64,000 nt of DNA from Octopus vulgaris (Eukaryota): assembly GCA_951406725.2 (NCBI GenBank), contig OX597821.1, positions 9,920,001 to 9,984,000 on the forward strand, in the 5' to 3' direction. The notes below the pieces were generated by a model, which had not been told where the DNA came from, searched no databases, and saw only the letters and a program-made list of their open reading frames with translations. Made by a program: the position numbers and the translations under genes. Shown here piece after piece: positions 1 through 13,125 of this stretch. The stretch's first letter is position 1. The number at the start of each line of letters is the position of its first letter.

Positions 1-15
1 GTTGTTGAGAGAGGC

Positions 16-108
16 TCCTTTTCTTTCCTGATGAGAAGATTGCATAATGCACCCTTTATTCCTTCGGAATGAAAATATGCTGTCGAAACATGTGTCGAGA
101 GTAAAGGA
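16..108 (+). ncRNA. Type I hammerhead ribozyme candidate with intact catalytic core
   Basis: CUGAUGA at 28-34, GAAA at 85-88, stem III AC/GU around loop AUGU, GUC triplet at 94-96. Stem I pairs 16-27 with 97-108 (11 of 12 positions, one G-U, one U-U). Stem II is closed by G35-C84 and A36-U83, with GCAUA (42-46) pairing UAUGC (76-80). Confidence 0.75.
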
Positions 109-146
109 ATTTTGTTAACATCTTCGTTCGACTCCATTCTTTCATT

Positions 147-175
147 TATATATATATATATAAATATACTTATAC

Positions 176-217
<42 letters not shown>

Positions 218-225
218 TTATACAC

Positions 226-269
<44 letters not shown>

Positions 270-320
270 ACACACACACATGCATACATATATATAGCAA
301 TACATAAATATACATATATA

Positions 321-376
<56 letters not shown>

Positions 377-421
377 TATACATGAACCCTCTTATTCTAT
401 ATGCACATGTGTGTGAGTATT

Positions 422-484
<63 letters not shown>

Positions 485-485
485 G

Positions 486-517
<32 letters not shown>

Positions 518-601
518 TTATAATATTTGTTTACACATGTTTATATACATTATATGCGTATAATATATATACATATGTATGTGTATGTGTGTGTGTGTAT
601 G
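147..601. repeat. Compound microsatellite (TA)n/(TTC)n/(TTA)n/(TG)n
   Basis: Directly visible simple repeats; they explain ORF 328..627. Confidence 0.95.
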
Positions 602-1025
602 TGCAGATATATCTGGCATTCTGTTAGTTGTAACTACGTGGGTTTTTGTTAGATCTGATCGATGGAAGAGTATGCTTGAGCACATAAGTGAGCATTCTAT
701 ATGCCGGGCTCTGTTCGCGTAGTTATTAAGCTCTGTGTTTGCAAGTCAAAATGAGTCACTGTGAAACACAGGTACGAAACGTTTCTGCCAGATGACCTGA
801 CAACACGAAAGTAATTGTGTTGCGGAAGACCTGAACGCGCCATCGGCTATCCAACACAAATCTTATAATCGTAAGCCGAATACCTTATCAACTGAGCCGC
901 GCTCGTTCAAAATGTATGCGTGTGTGTTTGTGTGCGTGTGAGTTTGTGTGTTTGTCTTTGCGTGTATATGTGTGTATGTGTGTGCGTATGCATCCATGTA
1001 TGGGGTGAGAGTCAGAAATATTCAA

Positions 1026-1103
1026 AGATAGATAGGTAGGTAGGTAGGTAGGCAGGTAGGTAGATAGATAGATAGAGAGAGAGAGGTAGCGATAGATAAA
1101 TAG

Positions 1104-1200
<97 letters not shown>
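1026..1200. repeat. (GGTA)n/(GATA)n tetranucleotide microsatellite
   Basis: Directly visible. Confidence 0.95.
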
Positions 1201-1201
<1 letters not shown>

Positions 1202-2348
1202 AAATACCTCAACATATGTTTGTACAGTGAATTTTAAGATCTCAGAAGTAAATATCGCATAATATTTCTAAGTGCAAAATGTATTTATATTTTTGTTAAT
1301 GTGTTTTCAAATCAAATATCTTGTGCGATATACACAGTGTCTCTACTCATAACCCAATCCCAGTTTCTGTTTCTGAAAGGCAATAGAATATATTTGAGGA
1401 AATTTGGCAACTATTTCTGGCAGATTCAAGCTCTACGTAGACGATATCTTATGCATAACCATGCAGAATCTTTGTATATCTAGTACGTCACATTTAGAAT
1501 TAATATTTGCGAAATATTTTGTTGTTCTTTGATCTAAAGTTTCTGTTTCTTCTCATACTGATAGCAACTTTAGATGAATGGATTTTTATTTGAAGAAGGT
1601 TTGACGTTTTTAATGATGTATTTGTTGGTAGTCACATATCTTAATAGCATAAAACGTGACTGGGTGCACACATTACTTTAGCTCTAAGTTTATGTTAACA
1701 AATATTCATTAGCATACATTAGGAACGCTGCAATACACTTATAAATGTTTCAGTGATATCTTCTTGTCACTTTATGGGGAAATTTTAGATAGCATAATAT
1801 GAAGTAATGCAACGTATAACTATAGTCATATTTAATCATGCACATAAGCAAAAAGAATTTACAAGAAATTATACTGATCATATTAAGTTGAATGTAGGAA
1901 CTATCGTTAATAGTATAGATAAAATTTGCTAAGTCTGTGAGTAGGCTGAGTGATTAACGCATTGGGAAAATGCTTAATGGAATTACGTTCTGAATTCAAA
2001 TGTTACCGGGGTCGACTTTGCTTTTTCTAGTTTCAGAATTGGTACAATGGGGACCAGTTGAACACTGGAGATCGACATATTCGACGTATCTACTTCCATG
2101 AAATTGCTATCCTTGGGCTAAAACTTTGGAATAAATATTGATAACGAATATGATCCATCAGTTAAGTTGTTAAACAGTGTTCGCAATATTGTCTAATAGT
2201 GAAATGATCTACTGAGGAGTACTATAATGTGCATATATTTATATAATTAGAAACACACACAGTCACACACACTCACATACACATCAATCTAATCATCCAT
2301 TCATCCATATATACATGCACATATGTATATATGTGATTATTTATATAC

Positions 2349-2403
<55 letters not shown>

Positions 2404-3398
2404 GTGGGGGGTATTTATTTATCTATGTATTCATGATCAAACCAAACTACCAGTGATTCGATGAACATCTATTACTGCAGTGAGGTCTATCCATGGCTGT
2501 ATGAAAAGAGCACAGCCAGATTGAACACGTTTGCAGATGGTTCAAGACACTTGCTGAGTGAAATTTGGCTTAGAGAATAAAAATTGTTGATCAGAATGGC
2601 GTTTAAACGGGCGTAGGAAAGCGCAGTGATCCGGTTTTGGACTTTAGCATTTATGTGAACTGAATTCATTGTGTCCATTATAAAATTGCAGGTAGTCTTT
2701 TGGCGATTACTCAAATGATGTTTGTTGGTTAATATTCACGTGAACAGATGCATTTCTATCTAAAAAACAGGGATCTTATCTACCTTTATAGTAAAGGTCA
2801 TGTCATGATGAAAAACTTTAGAAACTTCAAAGACATGAAACTATTAATGAAAATATTGGGATAAATCTTAGATAAATTTATACCGAAAAAAGCTATCAAT
2901 TTCTTTTTGCCTATTCCAATATATATGTTCTAATTCGATGTAAAATCTCTGCCTGCACCTCATAACTGACGTGAATTTATTGCAGTATATTCCATACATA
3001 TCGACTATTCTACAAAACCTTTATTTTCAGTTTGTAAATGGAATTTCGGACCATATATGAAGTGGGATTCAAACGCAATTGCGTTGGAAAATGTATTTAA
3101 TCTGCATATTTTTATTCATTCATAATTCCTGTGTATATACATACACAAACTTTCAAGCACAATCTCTATAAGAGAAGCTAATCTCGTATTTTCCAGATCA
3201 CATCCGATGCTTATATCAAAATAGTGTTTCACAAAACATTATTCCTTTGTGTAAGCAATTTGTATTGTGTCGCATGATATTTTATCCCCTTAAGTAAAGA
3301 AACATGTAAAAATTATATACTAGTTTCCTCAGATCGTGTTTATCTTTATGTCTATATCATTAAATGTATTGAACATTTGTATAATATTTCATAATTGT

Positions 3399-3609
3399 AA
3401 GGCGGCAAGCTTGCAGAATTATTAGCACGCCGGGCAAAATGCTTAGCGACATGTCTGTCTTTGCGTTCTGATTTCAAGATCCATAGAGGTCGTCTTTACT
3501 TTTCATCCTTTCGGTGACGATAAAATAAATACCACTTGAACACTGGAGTCGATATCTCTGACTTACACCTTCTCCCAAAATTACTGGCTTTGCGCCAAAA
3601 TTTGAAATC
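3399..3609 (+). mobile_element. SINE family B copy (diverged)
   Basis: Head aaggcggcaagcttgcagaa...aaatgcttagc and central gaggtcgtctttacttttcatcctttcgg...taccacttgaacactggagtcga, shared with more than 20 other copies in the window. Confidence 0.85.
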
Positions 3610-4708
3610 GATATTTTCGTAAATGTCCTATGTATATCATCAGGATTGGGAAGAAGAGGAGAGAAAAACAAATGATTAATAGTTAATATATTATATCCAT
3701 GTGTCGTATTCAAAGAATTTTCTATATTTTGAAGGAAGAAGACTGTGTGAGAGAAACACAAAGGTAGCGAGAAAATAATGAACACATGCAATCGAAACTG
3801 AAGTGTTGGCATTTTTCCTTTCTCTAAAAGATAACGGAAAGATTGCATTAACGATCGTAGTTCTATCTCCGTTTAGAAACATGTGCCAAGAGACAGAATG
3901 TTTTCTTTTCTCATTTTCTATCAAGCTATATTTTCTCTTTGAACTGAATATAGTTATTTGCATACATACCTTTATACTATTACATATAATTGATTAACGT
4001 AAACAGTGTGTTCACAATATCAAAGAAGTGATTTATAAATCAAATAATTGTTAAATGAATAAAAAGTATTTCACTGTAAATAATTGTTATAGAATAAATT
4101 CCTATATATATTAGTATCTATCTATCTTTCTATATATATATATATACATATATATACACACATTCTGACACAGAGGCCAGACGCCAAATGGTATTAAGGT
4201 TGACCTTTGCGATATAAAATTATGTGTACCTACTTACCTACTTTGCAGTATTTAAGATGATGTAATAGTTATTCATGGTAGAAGATACAACCATCACACG
4301 TTATATACATGATCTGTGCGTGTGTGTCCATGGATGTGTGCACGTGCGCGCGCGTATGAGCTTGTATGCGTGTGTTTGGTATTGTAAATACTTTGCAAAG
4401 CAGCCAAAATATGAAATCTCATTTTCTGTCCAAAATTTTAACATTCTTTACATGATGGTAAATGTGTTGCCAATGACTAATTTTGGATTCTTATTGAAAA
4501 CAAGAACTGAAAATATATATTGATGAATGCATAAGAAGCAAAAAATCATAAAACACGCAAACAATTTTTATAAGCAACTCGATCATAAATTAAGTTCTCG
4601 ACTGTCTAAAATTTTGTCTATTTATATTCCTCCAGACAATAATGTCTTGTCGTCCACAGTTGGTTATAGTTTCCTGTTTCATATACTTATATGTTTATGC
4701 TTTATATC

Positions 4709-4939
4709 GGCGGCGAGCTGTCAGAAACGTTAACGTGACGGGCGAAATGCTTAGCGGTATTTCGTCTAACGCTACGTTCTGAGTTCAAATTCCTCCGAGG
4801 TCGAATTTGCCTTTCATCCTTTCGGGGGTCGATAAATAAAGTACCAGTTTCACTCTGGGGACGTTATAATCGACTTTATCCCTTTGTCTGTCCTTTTCTG
4901 TTCCCTCTTTATTTAGCCTCTTGTGGGCAGTAAAGAAAT
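4709..4939 (+). mobile_element. SINE family B, full length, with ~27-bp target-site duplication
   Basis: ggcggcgagctg...gagttcaaattc (B-box-like)...gcctttcatcctttcgggggtcgataaataaagtaccag...gtgggcagtaaagaaat. Flanks 4681-4707 and 4940-4966 are near-identical direct repeats. Confidence 0.9.
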
Positions 4940-5197
4940 ATATACTTATATGTTTATGTTTTAAATTACTGTCCTATATCATTTATTTAAATGTTTCCCT
5001 CCTAGATTTTTTTCTAAATCATATATTCCATAATTTTATTTATTGCATTATTTCTATTTTGCCTCTTCTCCCTATCCTTTCTCTCTTTATATGTTATGCG
5101 TGCTTATGTGCGCGCATGTTTACACAGGCAGGCATACATACGCACACATTCGCACACACATACAAACACACGGACACATACCTTTAGGCATATATGC

Positions 5198-5630
5198 ATA
5201 CATGATGTTCAGGATACTTTCGGCAGTTTGAATCAAAGGAAAGGAAAACCCGATATCCCCCCAGAAATAGAAGTAATTTAAGAATAGAAAATTTATCAAG
5301 TAAATTATATATGTGATCTGAAATTTTACTGAAATTAGCCACCTGTAGCTTCGGAAACGGCCTTGAGACGGCTCCGAAACCTGGCGCGTGTGTTCGTCAA
5401 TGTGTCCCGAGGAATATAATAGAACACTTCTTTGATCATTTCTTCTTGTTGTGGCTTGGTGTTGCAGGCTGAGCAGCTGGTACCTTTTTGAAGCGCACCC
5501 TTCACAAAGTTGTCTATAAGATTAAAATTGTGGGAATTGGGACATAAATTGAGTCAGGAAAGGGGTAGAAATTGAAATATGTAAAAAGATACATTTTTAA
5601 ATATTTCAATTCACGATTACACCACTGTAC
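5198..5630 (-). mobile_element. Tc1/mariner-superfamily (maT/DD37D-like) transposon relic, transposase C-terminus
   Basis: Minus strand 5538-5335 translates NSHNFNLIDNFVKGALQKGTSCSACNTK...IKEVFYYIPRDTLTNTRARFRSRLKAVSEATGG*, a decayed SPDLNPLDYxVWG...FRSRLEAVxEAxGG motif. Boundaries are approximate. Confidence 0.75.
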
Positions 5631-6040
5631 ATAAATCCCCTCATTAAACAAGGTTTTTTAAACTTGTCTCTGTCTGTACAGATATATATTCTCCTCCCAT
5701 TACTGAAAGCTGAACAGCTATCTCCCTTACCCACAACAATAACAATAATAACAACAACCAATTACATCTCTTTATTTATCTACTTGTGAAGTCATTCACT
5801 CTTGAATTTCATCACACACAACATGGACAACATTTCTTCTTATGAAAAAATATATATTCAAATAAGTAAAACATAATATCGCGAAACCGGTCGATATATT
5901 AGAAATTATATTAAAACTATGTAAGTGTGCGTATTTTCCTTTTTTAATTTCTTATATACATTACAACTCACCACGTGGGGATAATCGAAGTTCCTCTTTT
6001 CTTATCTATAGAAGTGTGTGCGTGTGTGTGTGCTCGCGTG

Positions 6041-6390
6041 TGGAGGCACAATGGCCCAGTGGTTAGGGCAGCGGGGTCCTGGTCGTAGGATCGCGGTTTC
6101 GATTCCCAGACGGGGTGTTGTGAGTGCTTATTGTGCGAAAATTGTTAAAGCACCGCGTGGTTCCGGCAAGGGGTTGTGGCGAACCCTGCTGTACTCTTTC
6201 TCCACACCTTACTCTCACTGTTTCTTTCTATTTCTGATGTACCTTTATATTAAATGACCAGCCTTGTCACTCTCTGTGTCACGCTTAATTTCCCCGAGAA
6301 TTACGTTAAAGGTACACGTGTTAATTTCACGAGCAGGCTGTTCCGTTGATTGGATCATCTGTAACCCTCTTCGTTGTAAGCGACGGAGTA
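6041..6390 (+). mobile_element. tRNA-derived SINE family A, body type A1
   Basis: Head tggcccagtggttagg (A box) and ggtttcgattccc (B box); body matches copies at 25888 and 53054. Confidence 0.9.
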
Positions 6391-6564
6391 CGACGATACA
6401 ATTATATATATATATTGATTGATTGATTGATTGACTGATTGATTGATTGATTGATAAACACACATCTTATTCCACGTGAATAATACTGTATCGGAAATGC
6501 TGCAGTAATGATGTATATATACGTTTCTAATAACATCTGGCAGCTTCTCATATCAGTATATTGA

Positions 6565-6960
6565 TCTCAATATGTTGGGAAACAGCAAAAATCGTGGCGA
6601 GAAAGGGTAAATCGGTTATATCGGCCCCGGTCCTTGACTGGTATGTATTGTATAGTAATCCCGAAAGATGATAGGCAAAGTCGACCTTGGTGAAATTTGA
6701 ACTCGTAACGTAAAGTGTCTGCCAACCAGCCGCCTTCTGGTGTTGATTTATCATTTATTTCTGTATTGCCAACAGGGTGATAAACATAGAAAGGACAAAC
6801 AAGGGGATTACGTCGATTACATCGACCCCAGTGTGTAACATTTACTTATTTAATCGACCCCGAATGGATGAAAGGCATAGTTGACCTCGGCGGAATTTCA
6901 ACTCAGAATGTAACGGCAGACGAAATACAGCTAAGCATTTCGTCCGACGTGCATAACTAT
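6565..6960 (-). mobile_element. Two adjacent SINE family B copies
   Basis: Two reverse-complement family-B cores (...gaaaggca(a/t)agt(c/t)gacct(c/t)gg...aattt(g/c)aactc). Confidence 0.8.
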
Positions 6961-7115
6961 TATGCATCAGAAAATAAATCTCGTGCTTAAATTCATTGAT
7001 CCTGAGTATCTTCGACAGAAGGGAGGCAACCAGATCGAAACATCATGGTATATGGAAGTCCCTTTATCCGACAGAATCTTCTGTTCTGAACTCACAATTC
7101 TGAATGGTTAAAGTG

Positions 7116-7341
7116 TTTACTCTCTCTTTACTCTCTTTTACTCTTTTACTTGTTTCAGTCATTTGACTGCGGCCATGCTGGAGCACCGCCTTTAATCGAG
7201 CAACTCGACCCCGGGACTTATTCTTTGTAAGCCCAGTACTTATTCTATCGGTCTATTTTGCCGAACCGCTAAGTGACGGGAACATAAACACACCAGCATC
7301 AGTTGTCAAGCAATGCTAGGGGGACAAACACGGACACACAA

Positions 7342-7397
<56 letters not shown>

Positions 7398-7560
7398 GAT
7401 AGGCTACTTTCAGTTTCCGTCTACCAAATCCACTCACAAGGCATTGGTCAGCCCGGGGCTATAGCAGAAGACACTTGCCCAAGGTGCCACGCAGTAGAAC
7501 TGAACCCGGAACCATGTGGTTGGTAAACAAGCTACTTACCACACAGCCACTGTTGTGCCT
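7116..7560 (-). mobile_element. Bipartite SINE family C with internal (TA)n/(TG)n
   Basis: Reverse complement of head gtggctgtgtggtaagtagc...ggttcag, CORE-like gcaccttgggcaagtgtcttc, gtgagtggatttggtagacggaaactg, microsatellite, then right module ending gcagtcaaatgactgaaacaagtaaaagag. Confidence 0.9.
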
Positions 7561-8244
7561 GTAGGAGCAGATAAATAAGACAACAAGCATATTCCCGTTC
7601 GATATTATCGGACCGTATTAAGAATATGTAAATCGTTCTTTAGGTTTTCGCAGTACTCAGTATACGTCATTAACTATTATTGTGTTGAAATACTCCTAGC
7701 TTCAAATCTGATGCAGTCGTTCCACTAATAATGATTAAAATATTAAAAAGCACAATGGGTTGTAATTAGAAAATTAATGCATTTTGTGTAACAAATTTAA
7801 ACAAATTCTTACGTCACACATTTTTGTCACCTTCAATTTCCTGCACCTTCTTGAAGCGATTTTCTTCATCATTTATGGCATTGTATATGGTAAGCCTATT
7901 GAATGTGTCAGTAGTTATGTGTCGATGGTGCAACCTGAATAATTATGATATGTATTTCTTTATGCAACTACCATCATTTTTCATTTTGTTCACGTATTCT
8001 TTCGAAACTCTAACGTGTCGCAGTGATTTTACACTGTCTTACCACGGCGCTTACGTACTATATTTCATATTTCATCCCTACTTTAATAAAATAAATTTAT
8101 GTTATTTTTTAACATGAAGTCATCTAATTATTAATCTCTGACTAAATTTATTTTGTTATAGTGAAATTCTAAAAGTTGAGTTTCATATGTAAAAGCATGA
8201 GTTGAGTTTCATGTGTAAAAGCGTAAGAAATGTTGTTGTTTTTA

Positions 8245-8460
8245 AGACGATAAGCTGTCAGAATCATTAATGTGCCAATAAAAAAATGACTAACAGCATT
8301 TTTTCGGACTTTAACGTTCTAAGCTCAAATACTGCCGTCTTGACTTGCCCTTTCATCTCTTCAGGGCCGATACAGTAAATACCAGTTGAACACTAGAGTC
8401 AGTCTAATCAACTTCACCCTTTCTCCAATAATGCTGACCTTGAGTCAAAATTTGAAATAA
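8245..8460 (+). mobile_element. SINE family B copy (old, diverged)
   Basis: Degenerate match to the family B head and core (ccctttcatctcttcagggccgatacagtaaataccagttgaacactagagtc). Confidence 0.65.
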
Positions 8461-9941
8461 ATCTTTAGTTGTAATTCTACGAAACCCATCTACAGCGTTT
8501 CTAATGAGCGTATCCAATTCCTGTTTACACCTTTATACATTGAGTTACTCATGTTATTTACTCCTGCATATAGTGAAGGAATTCATATATGAGTGTTTCC
8601 TTTTAGCATCATTCAAATAAATGACATAGATGTTAAATCTTGTTTTGTCTGCGGTGCTCCAGCATGGCCACAGGCACTGGACTGAAGCATATAAAAGAAT
8701 AAAAGAATATATATATATATACACATATAGATACATATGTATGTATGTATGTACGTACGTATGTATGCACGCTCACAAAGAAACTTACATCTAGTTTTAT
8801 ACGATGTGTCGTGTAATACAATTTGAAAATTTATTGTTCTGTAATTTGTAGCCATAGATCGAGAGGTCATTTTATCGAGAATTCAAAACAAGTAGTGAAT
8901 TTGAACTTGACACATTATACAATGAAGTTTGCTGTGTGTTGGATGCCCTCTATAATTGAAAGGCCGGAAATTAAAAGAGCAAATTTATGCTACTACGCTA
9001 GTTGACAAACAAGTTACAACTCCAGTTATATATTAAGTAAATGAGTTACAATAAAGTAACGGACGCCTATGTGTAGGTTTTTTAGCTGAATATCCTCTCC
9101 TATAATGCAACAATATATATGTGTATGAGCGTCTGCGCATCTGTATGTATGCATACGTATTTTCATGTGGATTTTCTCTTTTGTCAATGGTGAAGTGATG
9201 CTATTGTTAATTTCTTTTAAGCTTTTTCTATGGCTGTAGTTGTTTGCGTTACACGTGTATTTTACTCTGTAATATGTGTTATATTGTGCTGTCGTCGAAT
9301 AAGTTTATTTCTTTGAAATCTAAATCTAAATATTGATGACAGCCATAGAAATATATGTTTATGTTATTGTATAATCAATACTACACATAGATAATTTAAG
9401 TAAATTTGCACAACATTGAAAAATACATACTCAGGAATAAATATCTTTTTCATCTACATATGCAAATATTATTTCTCTATAGATAACGATATAATACAGA
9501 ATTATATTTCTAGTTTAGTGATCTTAATATCAACATTTTGACATGTATTAAGATTTTAGAAATGTTAAATATACTTTAAATAATATGCTTTGAGAGCAAT
9601 TAAATAATATTGCTTGTACAATGCTTCAAATGAGTAATATGTGCATGTAATTTCGTCTCTTAATGTTGATTTAAATTAAGAAGATATAAGATAGCGTGCA
9701 GTAGTATTTTCAAAGTTGGATTTTAGCGATAATAATTACAGATAATTGCAAAAAACACATGTATACATACATAGAAACAGCATTGACAAATAAATATATA
9801 TACGTAAAGAGAAGAACAGTCGAACCGTTTATAGGAGAAAAAATTGAATTCTTTTGAGATGTTACATACATCTTATAGGAAGTATGTGTAGTATAAATAC
9901 ATAATTATACATACACCCTCACACAAGCACCAAAATGCAAG

Positions 9942-9972
<31 letters not shown>

Positions 9973-10019
9973 GCATACATACATATATATACACACGCAC
10001 GCACACACACACACACATG

Positions 10020-10071
<52 letters not shown>

Positions 10072-10540
10072 AAAATAGATACAATAATAGCTATATCACT
10101 ACATACGTACGTACATACAATTCTGTTGCTCTATAAGTTAAATAAGGAATCTATGTTTAGGGATATATGGTGTGTGATTTAGCTGGTCATTCAGTGTGGA
10201 ATTACTTAATAAAAACAGGATATGTAAGGAAGTGGAATGGTAAAATTAAGAAAGGATACAATGTGTAAGGCGTCATTCAAGTAAATAGAGTAGTGGATAT
10301 TCTGAGACTAAACATTTGAAATGTCATTCAAGGACATAGACATCTAGACGTTTGAATATTTCAAGAAGATTATGTAAACAAAAGAATAAATACGTACTCA
10401 ACGCATCTATCTATTCTTCTTCTTCTTTTTCTACTTTGTCTTCTTTCTTTTACTTCACCATTATGAACATCATCAAGTAAATTTATATACACAAGAACGC
10501 TGTATTGAAAGTATCTGCATAACTTGCAAGTAATCAAAAG

Positions 10541-10590
<50 letters not shown>

Positions 10591-10596
10591 ACATAT

Positions 10597-11041
<445 letters not shown>

Positions 11042-11071
11042 GTATATATAAATCTATATATTTATATTATA

Positions 11072-11113
<42 letters not shown>

Positions 11114-11117
<4 letters not shown>

Positions 11118-11172
11118 CGTCACCGTGACCGAGCAGGCTATCAGATGTTGCTACACATCGCTGGTCACAATG

Positions 11173-11174
<2 letters not shown>
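11114..11174 (-). mobile_element. SINE A2 3'-tail fragment, inverted relative to the upstream copy
   Basis: Reverse complement of about 10947-11010. Confidence 0.85.
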
Positions 11175-11206
<32 letters not shown>

Positions 11207-11213
11207 GTTTACA

Positions 11214-12310
11214 TAGTAGGTAGCGATTTTCTTCACTACTTCAGAGAATGACGACTCTGCCTGACACAAGTCCCGGGCGCAGCTGCTCCGGCTGTCCGTA
11301 CCCGATATGGGCCCCTATCCAGGGTTGCGGATAGGAGAAAACGTTCAAAGAAATCCGGAGTGGAACCCCGATGGCGGTTCATTATTCGAGTCGACAGTCT
11401 TTCGGCAGCTCCTACAACCAAGCTGGTGCCAAACGTAATGCTCTGCCCTCCTTTGTACTATGTCAGTAAGGTCGAGAGAGGAATGCTGACGGTTTGGCTA
11501 CCCATGAGTTTCTGTTATCTAGCGCAGGCCTGCGCAAAACTGGAGATGACACATCAGTGCTGCTGAAGGACCATGTGCCATGGCATATCCGATGACCCAC
11601 TCACGGTTGAAGACACAAAAAAGACAGCCACCAATGACCGCAAACTAAAGAGGCTCAAAATAGACATTGCTGGACTGTAGGAGACAAGACTCTCCTCAAA
11701 CTGCAAACTCAAGGAACAAGATTTCACCTTCTTTTGACAGGGTAGCGATCCAGAGGAACCTCGTAAACACGGTGTTGGTTTTGCTGTGAGAAATTCATTA
11801 CTCTCCTCAATAGAACACTTCTTGAACGCTTCTTGAACGCTTCTGGCTCAGTACATCTACTGGGCATCTATGCCCCCACTCTCTTCAGCTCAAAGGAGAC
11901 CAAGGACCAGTTCTACAAAGATCTCAACTACGTCATTAGAAACTTACCAACCAACGAAAACATATACCTTCTTGGATATTTTAACTCACTTGACTTTTGC
12001 ACATACCAAAACCTAACACATTCTTAGCCAACGAGCTATCCCACAAGGCATCTTGGAAGCACCCAAGATCTTAACATTGGCATCAGTTGGAACTCATCAT
12101 TACACAAAGATCCTTTCTGAATTCTGTCCAACTGACTTGTAGTGACCACAGCGCGCATTGTGACACAGATCAATCATTAATAAGAAGCAGGGTGAGGATT
12201 CTGCTCAAAAAACTCCATCATTCTAAAATATGGGCTGACAAAGCATTAACACTGCCAGAAACTTACCTCGGACGCTACACTGCGAAAATGTTTTGCTGTT
12301 TCTATCAAGG
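11214..12310 (+). mobile_element. RTE-clade LINE relic: 5' UTR plus decayed APE endonuclease
   Basis: From about 11570: KKTATNDRKLKRLKIDIAGL*ETRL...FTFF*QG...HGVGFAVRNSLL, then IYAPTL, and SWKHPRS*HWHQLELIITQR...SAHCDTDQSLI. Contains stops and frameshifts; no RT domain follows. Confidence 0.9.
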
Positions 12311-12349
12311 CTGCTCTTAGTAGCTTCAGAATTTTCCCCTTCTACAAAT

Positions 12350-13066
12350 TCAGAGACGATACAACCTATAGCCAAATAATTAGTAAAGATACTCTCTTTA
12401 TTACAAAATACAGATCACTTTTGAACGCGTCTACAACAAACATATCCACCACATTCTGAATAACAGAAACAAACAAGCAAATATTAAAAATGGTTCACTC
12501 AAGAGATTCCAAAGAATTCATTAAAAAACAGTCCCAATCACTGCTATAATCCATAACTTTTACTTTTAGGTCACTTGACCATTTAACACCTTGCTACTAT
12601 CTTACTACCTAAATTCCTTCTTATTCTCCCTTTTCCTTCTTCTCCTCCCCCTCCCCCTTCTCCTCCTCCTCCTTCTTTCCTACTTCTTCTTCTTTTTCTT
12701 CTTCTTCTTCTTCTTCTTCTTCTTCTCTGCCAAGAATTGACAACGACCCCGACCCACAAGAGTAAACAAGAGAGACAGAAACAAGCAGAAACAAGGAAAA
12801 TGTCCCTTGTATTTGAACACTAAGCAAATATTCTATAAAAAAAAACTTATCTTTTAATTCTTCCAAACTTTAATTGTCATCCATACTTACATTTGAAAAA
12901 TTTTCAATGACTGAAAACGGTACTGAATTGTTTTTTATAAAATTACTTTAGCATTTTCTACCTTGACCTTTTTTTCCATATATATAAATGTGAAACAAGG
13001 TAAAAAAAAAGAGTACTCAAATACCAGTGGTAGAGTAATATGCTTTATTTAAAGCAGCAGAAAATT
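12350..13066. mobile_element. Possible Penelope-like element remnants
   Basis: 12382-12426 translates SKDTLFITKYRSLLN, resembling the ExLFIxKxxPxLN C-terminus of Penelope GIY-YIG endonucleases; the region ends in a fold-back at 13038-13098. Weak. Confidence 0.35.
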
Positions 13067-13093
13067 GAAAATTTTCTGCTGCTTTAAATAAAG

Positions 13094-13098
<5 letters not shown>
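13038..13098. repeat. 29-bp near-perfect inverted repeat with 3-nt loop
   Basis: atatgctttatttaaagcagcagaaaatt-gaa-aattttctgctgctttaaataaagtatat; one G-T pair. Confidence 0.9.

Positions 13099-13125
<27 letters not shown>

Noticed and set aside
6041-6112. tRNA genes at SINE heads (also 10700, 26200, 31420, 53370, 53830)
   Set aside because: A and B boxes are present, but there is no closed acceptor stem or terminator and each runs into a SINE body.
7930-8025. Possible decayed hammerhead (ctgaataa...cgaaac...gtc)
   Set aside because: The core is mismatched and the stems are unconvincing, so it cannot be distinguished from chance.
11214-11560. HDV-like ribozyme in the RTE 5' UTR
   Set aside because: Only simple hairpins are visible (cctatcc/ggatagg, cagct/agctg); I could not build the nested double pseudoknot by eye. 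A descriptor search would settle it.
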